Origin: Synechococcus elongatus PCC 6301 | GTDB taxonomy: Bacteria > Cyanobacteriota > Cyanobacteriia > Synechococcales > Synechococcaceae | Direction: 5' to 3' | DNA: 32,000 nt | Assembly: GCF_000010065.1 (NCBI RefSeq) | Contig: NC_006576.1 | Location: 990,001-1,022,000, forward strand | Part shown: piece by piece, positions 1-10,650 of the stretch | Position numbering within the stretch: the first letter of the stretch is position 1 | Layout of the letters: each line of letters begins with the position of its first letter | Position numbers and translations under genes: made by a program | The notes under the pieces: generated by a model | The model's input: only the letters and a program-made list of their open reading frames with translations | Told to the model about the DNA's origin: nothing | Database searches by the model: none

Positions 1-282
<282 letters not shown>

Positions 283-408
283 CTAGGACATCGGTTAGGC
301 CGTTACAAATCATACCGGCTCACCTTTCAGGCTTCTGCGTTGCAGCGATCGCGGCCCACTTCCTTCCACAATGGGAAGAACGCCAATCTCAGCCGGAGGC
401 ACGACCTG

Positions 409-822
409 ATGCGACTACTGCATACGATGCTGCGAGTCGGGGATCTGGAGCGATCGCTACAGTTTTACTGCGAGATCCTGGGCATGCAGTTGCTGCGGCG
501 CAAGGACTACCCCGGTGGGGAATTTACGCTGGCCTTTGTGGGCTACGGCGAAGAAGCAGACCACACCGTCCTCGAGCTCACCTACAACTGGGGCAAAGAG
601 CAATACGAGCTGGGCGATGCCTACGGTCACATTGCGATCGGCGTCGACGACATTTACGCCACCTGCGAAGCGATTCGCGCCAGAGGCGGCAAAATTAGCC
701 GCGAGCCCGGCCCCATGAAACATGGCAGCACCGTGATTGCCTTTGTTGAAGATCCCGATGGCTACAAAGTCGAATTAATTCAAACCGGGACTTCTGGCGC
801 CAGCGCCCAGCCCGCCGCCTAA
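409..822 (+). CDS. gloA: Lactoylglutathione lyase (glyoxalase I)
   Basis: ORF 340..822; internal start at 409 gives [47 protein letters not shown], the typical GloA N-terminus; ends with [12 protein letters not shown]. Confidence 0.93.
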   Translation: MRLLHTMLRVGDLERSLQFYCEILGMQLLRRKDYPGGEFTLAFVGYGEEADHTVLELTYNWGKEQYELGDAYGHIAIGVDDIYATCEAIRARGGKISREPGPMKHGSTVIAFVEDPDGYKVELIQTGTSGASAQPAA

Positions 823-909
823 GCTTTGAGTCGCGATCGCCAGCCTCAGCCCACCTGAGATAGTGGAACCGGAGCGATCGCTCGCCCACCCGTCAGTTTT
901 AGAGTTTCC

Positions 910-3597
910 ATGCAGCCCACCGACCCCAATCGTTTTACAGACCAAGCCTGGGATGCGATCGTCGAATCGCAAACTGTGGCTCGCCAACTGCGGCAACAGC
1001 AGCTGGAAGTGGAGCACGTCCTCCTGGCCTTGCTCGATCAGGAGTCGGGGGTAGCTGCAGAAATTTTGGCGAAAGCAGGGGTGGCAGTTGCCAACCTGCG
1101 GCAACCCCTCGAAGACTTTGCACGACGGCAGCCTCGCAATGCCTCGGGTACGCAGCTCTACCTAGGACGCGGCCTCGATCGCCTGCTGGACTTAGCAGAA
1201 CGGGCGCGAGAACTCTGGCAAGACGAGTTCATCGGCGTTGAGCATTTGCTGATGGGCTTCGTGGAGGACGATCGCATCGGTCGTCGCTTGGCGCAGGGTC
1301 TCAAACTCGATGCCAAAACACTCGAGACAACGATTCAAGCGTTGCGATCGCCCGCTGCCGATGAGGCTGAAGCAGAAGAGAGCGAACCCAGCTATCCCTT
1401 CCTCAGCAAGTACGGTCGCGATCTGACAGCGCTGGCGGAACAGGAAAAACTCGATCCGGTGATTGGCCGTGATCTGGAAATTCGTCGCGTCATTCAAGTG
1501 CTATCGCGGCGCAGTAAGAACAATCCCGTCCTGATTGGTGAACCGGGTGTCGGCAAAACTGCGATCGCCGAAGGCTTGGCCCAGCGGATTGTTGCCGGTG
1601 AAGTACCGGATTCGCTCAAGCAACGGCGGCTGATCAGCCTCGATATGGGTTCCCTGATTGCTGGTGCCAAATATCGCGGTGAGTTCGAGGAGCGGCTGCG
1701 GGCAGTTCTGCACGAGGTCACCCACTCCGATGGCCAAATGGTGCTGTTCATCGACGAGCTACACACCGTCGTCGGAGCTGGGGCAGGTCAGCAAGGCAGC
1801 GCCATGGATGCGGGCAACCTGCTCAAGCCGATGCTGGCGCGGGGCGAATTGCGCTGCATTGGCGCGACAACGACCGATGAATATCGCCGCACGATCGAGA
1901 AGGATCCAGCCCTCGAACGACGCTTCCAACAGGTCTACGTCAGCCAGCCCAGCGTCGAAGACACGATCGCAATTCTGCGCGGCCTCAAGGAACGCTACGA
2001 GGGCCACCACGGCGTCAAGATTACCGACGGCGCTCTGATGGCAGCGGCTAAACTCTCCCATCGCTACATCAGCGATCGCTTCTTGCCCGATAAAGCGATC
2101 GACCTGATCGACGAAGCCTCAGCGCAACTGAAGATGGAGATCACCTCCAAACCCAGCGAGCTGGAGGATTTGGAACGACGGCTCCTGCAACTGGAAATGG
2201 AGCAACTGTCACTTAGCGGCGAGAACGGACAGGCCAGCGTTCACAGCGATCGCCTTCAGCAAATCCAGACTGAGCTGCAAACGCTGCAAGAACAGCAAGC
2301 CCGACTCAATCAACAGTGGCAGCAGGAAAAGCAACTACTGGAAGAACTCGGCCGCCTGCAGGAGGAAGAAGAAACCCTACGTCAGCAGGTTAATCAGGCC
2401 GAACGCGAGCATGACCTCAACAAAGGTGCTGAGCTGAAATTTGGGCAACTGGAAGCCCTGCAACAACAGCGGCAGGCGATCGAGGAGCAGATTCAAGCCC
2501 TGCACGCCAATGGGCAAACCTTGCTGCGCGAGCAGGTAGAAGAAGCCGATATTGCCGAAATCGTGGCGCGTTGGACCAATATTCCGGTGCAACGTTTGCT
2601 GGAGTCGGAGCGCCAGAAGCTGCTCCAGCTCGAAAGTTTCTTGCACCAACGGGTGATCGGCCAAGATGAAGCGGTCGTCGCCGTCGCTGCGGCGATTCGG
2701 CGAGCACGAGCGGGGATGAAAGATCCCAGCCGCCCGATCGGGTCGTTCCTGTTCTTGGGGCCCACGGGTGTCGGTAAAACCGAGCTAGCTCGCGCCCTCG
2801 CCAACTGTCTGTTCGATGCCGAAGATGCGCTGATTCGCTTCGACATGTCGGAGTACATGGAGAAGAATTCGATCTCGCGCCTGATTGGGGCGCCCCCCGG
2901 CTACATCGGCTACGAAGAAGGCGGGCAGCTCTCAGAAGCCATCCGGCGCCATCCCTACGCGGTAGTGTTGTTCGACGAAGTCGAGAAAGCGCATCCCGAT
3001 GTGTTTAACCTACTGCTGCAGGTGCTCGACGATGGCCGGATCACCGACTCGCAAGGCCGCACCATCGACTTCTGCAACGCCGTGATTGTGATGACCAGCA
3101 ACATTGGCAGCCAGTTCATCCTGGAGATGGGTGAAGAGGAAGCCAGCCTCGACGCGGTGGAGCTGAAAGTGCTGGGAGCGCTGCGGCAACATTTCCGGCC
3201 AGAATTTCTCAACCGGATCGACGACACAATCCTGTTCCAACCGCTTTCTCGCGGACAGTTGCAGCAGATTGTGGACATCCAATTGCAGCGGCTCAAACGA
3301 CTGCTGGCGGAGCAGGCGATCGCTCTCAACGTCACACCAGCAGCGGCAGCCAATCTGGCCGATCGCGGCTACGACCCCGTCTACGGCGCACGCCCCCTGA
3401 AGCGGGCAATCCAGCGGCTAATCGAAAATCCCGTCGCTTCACTGATTCTTGAACAGCAATTTGACGCCGGTGATGCACTGATCGTCGATGTCGATGCCGA
3501 GGGACAGCTGCAATTTCAAGTCAGTAAACCCGTTACAGCCACTGTTGTCGAGCCGGATGACAGCCCTGCGATCGCAGTGGAAGCCATTCCCTCTTAG
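910..3597 (+). CDS. clpB: ClpB/Hsp100-family AAA+ disaggregase (probably the ClpB2-type paralogue)
   Basis: 895 aa; two AAA modules with Walker A GEPGVGKT and GPTGVGKT, coiled middle region, [35 protein letters not shown] linker, C-terminal [24 protein letters not shown]. Confidence 0.95.
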   Translation: MQPTDPNRFTDQAWDAIVESQTVARQLRQQQLEVEHVLLALLDQESGVAAEILAKAGVAVANLRQPLEDFARRQPRNASGTQLYLGRGLDRLLDLAERARELWQDEFIGVEHLLMGFVEDDRIGRRLAQGLKLDAKTLETTIQALRSPAADEAEAEESEPSYPFLSKYGRDLTALAEQEKLDPVIGRDLEIRRVIQVLSRRSKNNPVLIGEPGVGKTAIAEGLAQRIVAGEVPDSLKQRRLISLDMGSLIAGAKYRGEFEERLRAVLHEVTHSDGQMVLFIDELHTVVGAGAGQQGSAMDAGNLLKPMLARGELRCIGATTTDEYRRTIEKDPALERRFQQVYVSQPSVEDTIAILRGLKERYEGHHGVKITDGALMAAAKLSHRYISDRFLPDKAIDLIDEASAQLKMEITSKPSELEDLERRLLQLEMEQLSLSGENGQASVHSDRLQQIQTELQTLQEQQARLNQQWQQEKQLLEELGRLQEEEETLRQQVNQAEREHDLNKGAELKFGQLEALQQQRQAIEEQIQALHANGQTLLREQVEEADIAEIVARWTNIPVQRLLESERQKLLQLESFLHQRVIGQDEAVVAVAAAIRRARAGMKDPSRPIGSFLFLGPTGVGKTELARALANCLFDAEDALIRFDMSEYMEKNSISRLIGAPPGYIGYEEGGQLSEAIRRHPYAVVLFDEVEKAHPDVFNLLLQVLDDGRITDSQGRTIDFCNAVIVMTSNIGSQFILEMGEEEASLDAVELKVLGALRQHFRPEFLNRIDDTILFQPLSRGQLQQIVDIQLQRLKRLLAEQAIALNVTPAAAANLADRGYDPVYGARPLKRAIQRLIENPVASLILEQQFDAGDALIVDVDAEGQLQFQVSKPVTATVVEPDDSPAIAVEAIPS

Positions 3598-3701
3598 GGT
3601 GTTTTCCGTTATTCTAGATCCTCGGGTGTTTGTCGGTTTTACCGGCATCCTCGCCGCTGAACTGCCAGCCGGATGCGATCGCATCCGCAAGAGGACCTTC
3701 T

Positions 3702-3947
3702 GTGAGCAAAAACAACGCAGCCGAAAAAGTACGGAAGAGCAACGTTCCTGACGAAGCTTCTTCTGGTCTCAATCTGGTGAGTTTCCTACAAGAAACTCGG
3801 GCCGAACTGAGTAAAGTCGTCTGGCCATCGCGACAGCAACTCATTAGTGAGTCTGCTGCCGTTCTGCTAATGGTCAGTCTCTCGGCAACGTTGATCTACC
3901 TGATCAACGAACTGTTCAGTTGGGCGTCTAGTCGCGTATTTGGGTGA
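3702..3947 (+). CDS. secE: Preprotein translocase subunit SecE
   Basis: ORF 3630..3947; GTG start at 3702 gives VSKNNAAEKVRKSNVP...[54 protein letters not shown], typical SecE, immediately upstream of nusG. Confidence 0.9.
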   Translation: MSKNNAAEKVRKSNVPDEASSGLNLVSFLQETRAELSKVVWPSRQQLISESAAVLLMVSLSATLIYLINELFSWASSRVFG

Positions 3948-4573
3948 ACTTCACTGTGACCGACCAATACGAAGAGCAGTTGCTCTCCGCAGATGACAGC
4001 GTTGCCAGTGAGAAGGCTCGCTGGTACGCCGTTCAAGTGGCCTCAGGTTGCGAAAAACGCGTCAAAGCCACGCTTGAGCAACGGGTACAGACCCTTGATG
4101 CGGCTAATCGCATCCTTCAGGTCGAAATCCCCGAAACGCCAATCGTCAAGCTCAAGAAGGATGGCAGTCGTCAATCGGCTGAAGAAAAAGTCTTTCCAGG
4201 CTATGTGCTAGTGCGCATGATCCTAGATGACGACGCTTGGCAGATTGTCCGAAACACTCCTCACGTGATCAACTTCGTCGGCGCCGAGCAGAAGCGCCCG
4301 TACGGTCGGGGGCGCGGCCACGTCAAGCCGATGCCACTCAGTCCAGGCGAAGTTGGTCGCATTTTCAAGCGGGCTCAAGAGCAAAAACCCACAGTCAAAA
4401 TCGACCTTGCCGAAGGCGATCAGATTTTGGTGCTCTCCGGTCCGTTCAAAGACTTCGAAGGCACTGTGATCGAGGTCAGTCCAGAACGCAGCAAGCTCAA
4501 AGCTCTGCTGTCCATTTTTGGACGCGACACGCCAGTGGAATTGGAGTTTAACCAGGTTCAGAAGCAGAACTAG
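3944..4573 (+). CDS. nusG: Transcription termination/antitermination protein NusG
   Basis: 209 aa with [35 protein letters not shown] and [42 protein letters not shown]; GTG start overlaps the secE stop by 4 nt. Confidence 0.95.
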   Translation: MNFTVTDQYEEQLLSADDSVASEKARWYAVQVASGCEKRVKATLEQRVQTLDAANRILQVEIPETPIVKLKKDGSRQSAEEKVFPGYVLVRMILDDDAWQIVRNTPHVINFVGAEQKRPYGRGRGHVKPMPLSPGEVGRIFKRAQEQKPTVKIDLAEGDQILVLSGPFKDFEGTVIEVSPERSKLKALLSIFGRDTPVELEFNQVQKQN

Positions 4574-4580
4574 TTCTCAG

Positions 4581-5006
4581 ATGGCAAAAAAAGTCGTTGC
4601 ACTGATTAAGTTAGCCTTGCCCGCTGGCAAAGCTAACCCGGCGCCTCCCGTGGGTCCTGCCCTGGGTCAGCACGGCGTCAACATCATGGCCTTCTGTAAG
4701 GAGTACAACGCCCGGACCCAAGACAAAGTTGGCTTGGTCATTCCGGTCGAAATCTCCGTTTTTGAAGACCGCAGTTTCACCTTCATTCTCAAAACCCCGC
4801 CCGCTTCGGTGTTGATCGCCAAAGCTGCTGGGATTGAGCGTGGTTCGGGTAACCCCAACAAAACCAAAGTCGGCAAAATCACGACCGCGCAACTGCGCGA
4901 GATTGCTGAAACCAAACTGCCGGACTTCAACACCAAAAACGTTGAAGCCGCCATGCGCATCGTCGAAGGCACTGCCCGCAACATGGGTGTCACGATCGCC
5001 GACTAG
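4581..5006 (+). CDS. rplK: 50S ribosomal protein L11
   Basis: Start [46 protein letters not shown]; downstream of nusG. Confidence 0.97.
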   Translation: MAKKVVALIKLALPAGKANPAPPVGPALGQHGVNIMAFCKEYNARTQDKVGLVIPVEISVFEDRSFTFILKTPPASVLIAKAAGIERGSGNPNKTKVGKITTAQLREIAETKLPDFNTKNVEAAMRIVEGTARNMGVTIAD

Positions 5007-5080
5007 GGTCGGGATTCCTGTCGTTCATTTTCAAAAAGGAGTGGGGAGAGGTCAGCCCTCGCTAACACCCCGAAAACACC

Positions 5081-5794
5081 ATGACTCGTAAAGTTTCTCG
5101 TCGTCTGCAAGAGCTGCAGAAGAAAGTTGAAGATCGAGCCTACGAGCCTCTTGCGGCTCTGAACCTGCTCAAGGAAACGGCGACTGCCAAGTTTCCGGAG
5201 TCGGCAGAAGCTCACATCCGTCTCGGCATCGATCCCAAGTACACTGACCAACAGCTGCGGACAACCGTTGCGCTGCCCAAAGGCACCGGTCAAACCATCC
5301 GCGTTGCTGTCATTGCCCGGGGTGAAAAGGTCGCTGAAGCCAAGGCTGCAGGCGCTGACATTGCCGGTTCTGAAGAACTGATCGAAGAAATCAGCAAAGG
5401 CTTCTTGGACTTTGACTTGCTGATCGCCACACCCGATGTGATGCCCCAAGTGGCTAAACTCGGTCGGCAACTTGGTCCCCGCGGTCTGATGCCCTCGCCC
5501 AAAGGTGGCACAGTCACTTTTGATCTTGAACAGGCCGTTAACGAGTTCAAAGCTGGTAAGCTGGAATTTCGTGCCGATCGCACCGGGATTGTGCACGTCC
5601 TGTTCGGTAAAGCCTCCTTTTCGGCAGATGACCTCTTGGCTAACCTTAAAGCCCTGCAGGAAACCATCGACCGGAACCGTCCTTCGGGCGCTAAAGGCCG
5701 TTACTGGCGGAGCGTTTACATTTCGGCAACCATGGGACCCGCCATCGAAGTCGACATCAACGCCCTGCGCGACCCGAAGCTGGCTGAAGCCTAA
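5081..5794 (+). CDS. rplA: 50S ribosomal protein L1
   Basis: 237 aa, [70 protein letters not shown]; follows rplK. Confidence 0.97.
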   Translation: MTRKVSRRLQELQKKVEDRAYEPLAALNLLKETATAKFPESAEAHIRLGIDPKYTDQQLRTTVALPKGTGQTIRVAVIARGEKVAEAKAAGADIAGSEELIEEISKGFLDFDLLIATPDVMPQVAKLGRQLGPRGLMPSPKGGTVTFDLEQAVNEFKAGKLEFRADRTGIVHVLFGKASFSADDLLANLKALQETIDRNRPSGAKGRYWRSVYISATMGPAIEVDINALRDPKLAEA

Positions 5795-6022
5795 ACAGGG
5801 TTTAACACTCATTTCTGAGTTAAGAGTATTGCTCAACCGTTGTAACTAAATAGCATTACCAGAGACAGCAGGTGTTGCACCGCAACTGAAGCATCCTGCC
5901 GAGGTAGTCCCCACAGTCTTCGTACTGTTGATCTATTTCGCTCTGGCAACCGAATTTGCCGGAGCTTTTTTGTTGCAAGAGCAAGATTCCATTCCGATTC
6001 CCGCCCAGGAGGTGAGATAAAG
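5795..6022 (+). promoter_or_regulatory. Probable ribosomal-protein leader (L10 leader type) between rplA and rplJ
   Basis: 228-nt non-coding gap inside an otherwise compact ribosomal operon, directly upstream of rplJ; autoregulatory L10 leaders commonly occupy this position. Structure was not folded, so the type call is by context. Confidence 0.5.
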
Positions 6023-6550
6023 ATGGGAAGAACGCTAGCCAATAAGCAAGACATCGTCACTGAGCTCAAAGGGCTTGTTGATGAGGCGCAAATGGCGTTT
6101 GTCGTCGACTACCAAGGCCTGACGGTCGCTGAAATCACCGATCTCCGCAATCGTCTGGAAGCCAGCAACTCTGTCTGCAAGGTGACCAAAAACACCTTGA
6201 TGCGTCGCGCGATCGCTGATGCCGACGACTGGCAGCCTCTAACCGAATTGCTCAAAGGCACTAACGCCTTTGTGCTGGTCAAAGATGACCCGGGCAGTGC
6301 CATTAAGGCCTACCAAGCGTTCCAGAAAGACACCAAGAAGACTGAACTTCGCGGTGGTCTACTGGAAGGCCGTCTGCTCAGCAGTGATGAGCTGAAAGCC
6401 ATTGGCGATCTGCCGTCCAAGGAAGTCCTGATTGCGCAAATTGCTGGCGCAATCAACGGTGTAGCAACCAAGCTCGCCGTGGGCATCAAAGAAGTCCCGA
6501 ATTCTTTGGCACGCGGTATCAAAGCCGTTTCCGAACAAACCGACGCGTAA
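6023..6550 (+). CDS. rplJ: 50S ribosomal protein L10
   Basis: 175 aa [63 protein letters not shown]; between rplA and rplL. Confidence 0.97.
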   Translation: MGRTLANKQDIVTELKGLVDEAQMAFVVDYQGLTVAEITDLRNRLEASNSVCKVTKNTLMRRAIADADDWQPLTELLKGTNAFVLVKDDPGSAIKAYQAFQKDTKKTELRGGLLEGRLLSSDELKAIGDLPSKEVLIAQIAGAINGVATKLAVGIKEVPNSLARGIKAVSEQTDA

Positions 6551-6609
6551 TTGCTGCGCTGGTTTGTGTCTGATTGTTGTCCAAACTGATTCCAACGGAG
6601 TGCGAAAGC

Positions 6610-6996
6610 ATGTCTGCTAAAACCGACGAAATTCTCGAATCTTTGAAAACCTTGACCCTGCTGGAAGCAGCAGAACTGGTCAAGCAAATTGAAGAAGCCT
6701 TCGGCGTGAGCGCTGCTGCTCCTGTCGGTGGTGTTGTGGTAGCTGCCGCTGCTGGCGCTGCTGCTGAAGCCGTCGAAGAGAAGACCGAATTTGACGTTGT
6801 CCTGGAAGAAGTTCCGGCCGACAAGAAGATCGCTGTCTTGAAAGTCGTCCGCGGTATCACCGGCTTGGGCCTGAAAGAAGCCAAAGACTTGGTGGAAGCA
6901 GCTCCCAAACCGATCAAAGAAGGTGTGTCCAAAGACGACGCCGAAGCAGCCAAGAAAGAGCTGGAAGAAGCCGGCGCCAAAGTCAGCGTCAAGTAG
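6610..6996 (+). CDS. rplL: 50S ribosomal protein L7/L12
   Basis: Start [37 protein letters not shown]; C-terminus [72 protein letters not shown]. Confidence 0.97.
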   Translation: MSAKTDEILESLKTLTLLEAAELVKQIEEAFGVSAAAPVGGVVVAAAAGAAAEAVEEKTEFDVVLEEVPADKKIAVLKVVRGITGLGLKEAKDLVEAAPKPIKEGVSKDDAEAAKKELEEAGAKVSVK

Positions 6997-7004
6997 TTCG
7001 AGTA

Positions 7005-7034
7005 GCTTGAAGGCAGGACTCTCTGTCTTCAAGC
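7005..7034 (+). terminator. Hairpin immediately downstream of rplL (possible first terminator or attenuator)
   Basis: GCTTGAAG (7005-7012) pairs with CTTCAAGC (7027-7034), followed by CGTTTT; 8 nt after the rplL stop. Confidence 0.45.
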
Positions 7035-7060
7035 CGTTTTACTCAACTTCTGCACAAAAG

Positions 7061-7090
7061 AAAGGGACTTGGTTTTCCAAGTCCCTTTTT
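7061..7090 (+). terminator. Rho-independent terminator of the rplL operon
   Basis: AAAGGGACTTGG (7061-7072) / loop TTTT / CCAAGTCCCTTT (7077-7088), 12-bp perfect stem running into a T tract. Confidence 0.9.
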
Positions 7091-7166
7091 GATTGGATTG
7101 TTACTGGCAGGGCGTTGCGTGTGAAAAACGAGAATTCACACCAGCCTAAAAATATCTCTGAATAGG

Positions 7167-7206
7167 AAAAACCTCCGGGCGTCTTTCCGTGTTTCGACTC
7201 CGGAGG
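7167..7206 (-). terminator. Rho-independent terminator for the minus-strand DUF3747-like gene
   Basis: On the minus strand: CCTCCGG (7206-7200) ... CCGGAGG (7178-7172) followed by TTTTT (7171-7167); located downstream of the gene ending at 7298. Confidence 0.7.
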
Positions 7207-7297
7207 CTTATTCCTTTCACTCCTCACCTGCGCTAATACTAGCGGGTGACTGTCGAGCTGGCAAGCTTTGACTATGCCGGTTAGCTAATTGTCCTAC

Positions 7298-8440
7298 TCA
7301 GCGACCAAACTCGACTCTGCCGTTGAGTCCCCCTTGCTGGCTGAGGTGGGTTTGCCACTGTTCCGCTAGGCTGCGGTTGCGGAAGGGGCCGAGTGCCACT
7401 TCGCGCGGCCCCCGCTCAAAAATATTGCTGGCGGGAACTCCCAGTTGTTGAATCCGCTGAATTAAGGCCTGAGGGCTACCGGCGGTGACCGGCACAATCA
7501 CCAGAAAGGCATCGCTGCTGAGTTGTCCATTCCGGCTGATGGTGAAGCGATCGGGATTACTGGCGGTGCTGGGCGTTGCAGTCGGTGCAGGGGTCGGCGA
7601 TCGCAAGGGACGAAGGGAGGGAGTCGGGGCTGGCGTGACAGGTGTGGGTTGCTGGGCTGCTGGAAAATTGGGCGATCGCAAAGGGAGGGTGGCTGCGGGA
7701 GCCGGTGTGATCGGCATCGCTGGACGAGTGGCTGGGCTCGGGCTGAGGTTCGGCTGATCGAGGCGCACCACGGGAATCGGAATCGGTTGCTGATCTCCCA
7801 CACTAGGCAGCGCTGACGGAGTGAGCGGCCGCAAAGCGGCAGAGGGGGTCTGCTGAGGGGCGATCGCTACCAAATTAGGATTGCTGGCACTGTAGGCCGC
7901 CAGGGTCTGATCGGCGGAGAAGTAGTAGTGTCCGAGAGGTTGTCCTTCGTAGGTGCGGCGGGCCAGTTTCCAGTTGGGAAGTAGGTCGACCTTGAGAAAG
8001 TCACGCACTAGGCGGCGCGTAGTACCTAGGGGAATGGTAGGGCTGCGACCATCAAAAGGCACTGCCACGAGCAGCGCTTGGGACTCTTGGGTACGGACTT
8101 CGAGACGGTAGCGCAGACCCAACTCTTCACCGCCCATGCGCAGGGAATAGCCATTGCTGTCAGTAGCGCGATCGCAAATGCCAGTGAAGTCAAAGTTGAG
8201 CAGCAGCGGCTCGACGGTACCATCGCCGCGATCGCGCCAACAGCGCTGACTGCCAATCTGTTTCTCTTCAATGACCAGCACGTCGTAGCGGTTGATGCCA
8301 AGCGGACGCAGGATGACCACGGCCTGTTGTTCTGCGATCGGCTGTTGTCCAAACAGGGCGGCTTGGGCAGGGGGGACGGGGACGGCTGCCAACCCTCCAG
8401 CAGTCAGTAGGGCAGCGGTGATGAGTGGATAACGACGCAT
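7298..8440 (-). CDS. Secreted/periplasmic DUF3747-like protein with C-terminal SPOR-like repeat region
   Basis: Start MRRYPLITAALLTAGGLAAVPVPPAQAALFGQQPIAEQQAVVILRPLG (signal peptide, then DUF3747-like sequence); Pro/Ala/Thr-rich linker; C-term FLVIVPVTAGSPQALIQRIQQLGVPASNIFERGPREVALGPFRNRSLAEQWQTHL resembles SPOR-type domains. Confidence 0.75.
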   Translation of the reverse strand: MRRYPLITAALLTAGGLAAVPVPPAQAALFGQQPIAEQQAVVILRPLGINRYDVLVIEEKQIGSQRCWRDRGDGTVEPLLLNFDFTGICDRATDSNGYSLRMGGEELGLRYRLEVRTQESQALLVAVPFDGRSPTIPLGTTRRLVRDFLKVDLLPNWKLARRTYEGQPLGHYYFSADQTLAAYSASNPNLVAIAPQQTPSAALRPLTPSALPSVGDQQPIPIPVVRLDQPNLSPSPATRPAMPITPAPAATLPLRSPNFPAAQQPTPVTPAPTPSLRPLRSPTPAPTATPSTASNPDRFTISRNGQLSSDAFLVIVPVTAGSPQALIQRIQQLGVPASNIFERGPREVALGPFRNRSLAEQWQTHLSQQGGLNGRVEFGR

Positions 8441-8531
8441 TGGAAGAGCCTCCGGGCCATTCGCAGACAAGTTTTAGCAGATTGTGAAAGCAGACTGCTA
8501 GGATACGCCTGCAAAAAGGAGGGAGTCTGTT

Positions 8532-9628
<1,097 letters not shown>

Positions 9629-9645
9629 CTATTGTACGAGGCGCA

Positions 9646-10410
9646 TTATGACTCGACGGGTGATGCAGCCAACGCGGGCGATCGCCCGCTGCTGAAGTCG
9701 GTCAACCGGAGCAATTGAATGCGATCGCTCGTCATCGCTTGTTGGCGATCGCGATCGGTGTTGTAGCCCCAATCCGCGAGGTAAAGATCAACGCTTTCGA
9801 GCTGGGCAGCCGCTTCCAGGGCCGGTAAGCGGTCTTCGACAAAAGCAATTTGCTCAAACTCCACTTGCAGTTGAATCAGGGTTTGAGTCTTGGGGACGCC
9901 AACTTCCTTGCCGTAGATCGCCAAAGGCGGCTGAAGATTTGGAATCTGTTCCAGTAACTCGGCGATAAAGCGGCCATCTTTGGTGGAGATGATCACCCAA
10001 GGTGCGGTCTGCTGGGCCAAACGCTCCGCCACGCCGGGGTAAAAGTGATGCAGTTGCAGCCACTCCTTGCGATCGCGCTTAATCCAGCGATCGCGAACCC
10101 GATCCATTGCTTGAGAGAGTTCTGTGGTGGTTAGGCCCCAGTCTTTCAAGACGCGATCGCAGAGCTGAGGCCAGTCTGCCAACACCTCTGCATCTGCAAC
10201 TTCCCTCCGTAAGGCTTGCAGCAGCACGGGCATCTCCCAACCCTGCTCAATCACGGGCCGTAGCAACCGAAAGCGATCTTCTAGACTCGGCTCAGGCACT
10301 TCCGGCCAACTGGGATCGCGATCGCAGCCCGCCTGCCAAGCCGCGAGGAAATATTCGCGCAAGCCATCACACAAAACGCCATCGAAATCTAGGGCGAGAA
10401 GGGATGCCAT
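9646..10410 (-). CDS. HAD-family hydrolase
   Basis: 254 aa, N-term LLALDFDGVLCDGLREYF (DxDG motif), APWVIISTKDGRFIAELLEQ, QIAFVEDRLPAL. Confidence 0.8.
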   Translation of the reverse strand: MASLLALDFDGVLCDGLREYFLAAWQAGCDRDPSWPEVPEPSLEDRFRLLRPVIEQGWEMPVLLQALRREVADAEVLADWPQLCDRVLKDWGLTTTELSQAMDRVRDRWIKRDRKEWLQLHHFYPGVAERLAQQTAPWVIISTKDGRFIAELLEQIPNLQPPLAIYGKEVGVPKTQTLIQLQVEFEQIAFVEDRLPALEAAAQLESVDLYLADWGYNTDRDRQQAMTSDRIQLLRLTDFSSGRSPALAASPVES

Positions 10411-10428
10411 AACTGATTCAGAGAAGAA

Positions 10429-10500
10429 CTGGGGCGCTAGGATTCGAACCTAGGAATGGCGGAACCAAAATCCGCTGCCTTACCGCTTGGCGACGCCCCA
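10429..10500 (-). tRNA. trnQ: tRNA-Gln (anticodon TTG)
   Basis: Minus strand TGGGGCGTCGCCAAGCGGTAAGGCAGCGGATTTTGGTTCCGCCATTCCTAGGTTCGAATCCTAGCGCCCCAG; acceptor TGGGGCG/CGCCCCA, anticodon loop TTTTGGT, T-loop GTTCGAATC. Confidence 0.96.
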
Positions 10501-10517
10501 ATGGCTGTGCCTTAACT

Positions 10518-10546
10518 AAATTAAAAGCCTGAAAATGCTTTGTCAA
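10518..10546 (-). promoter_or_regulatory. Sigma70-type promoter for tRNA-Gln
   Basis: Minus strand TTGACA (10546-10541), 17-nt spacer, TAATTT (10523-10518); about 18 nt upstream of the tRNA 5' end. Confidence 0.85.
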
Positions 10547-10650
10547 GTTTTTTCTCAAGATTTTCTGCCTGCGCTGGATGGGCAAGCAGAACAAGTAGCC
10601 GAGGGGCCCAGCATCTGACCCCTCTCGCACAGTGAAACCCTCAACGATCG

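Noticed and set aside
10601-10624. GAGGGG...CCCCTC hairpin downstream of ilvD as terminator
   Set aside because: Short 6-bp core stem with no T tract on the minus strand; too weak to call as an intrinsic terminator, although it may form.
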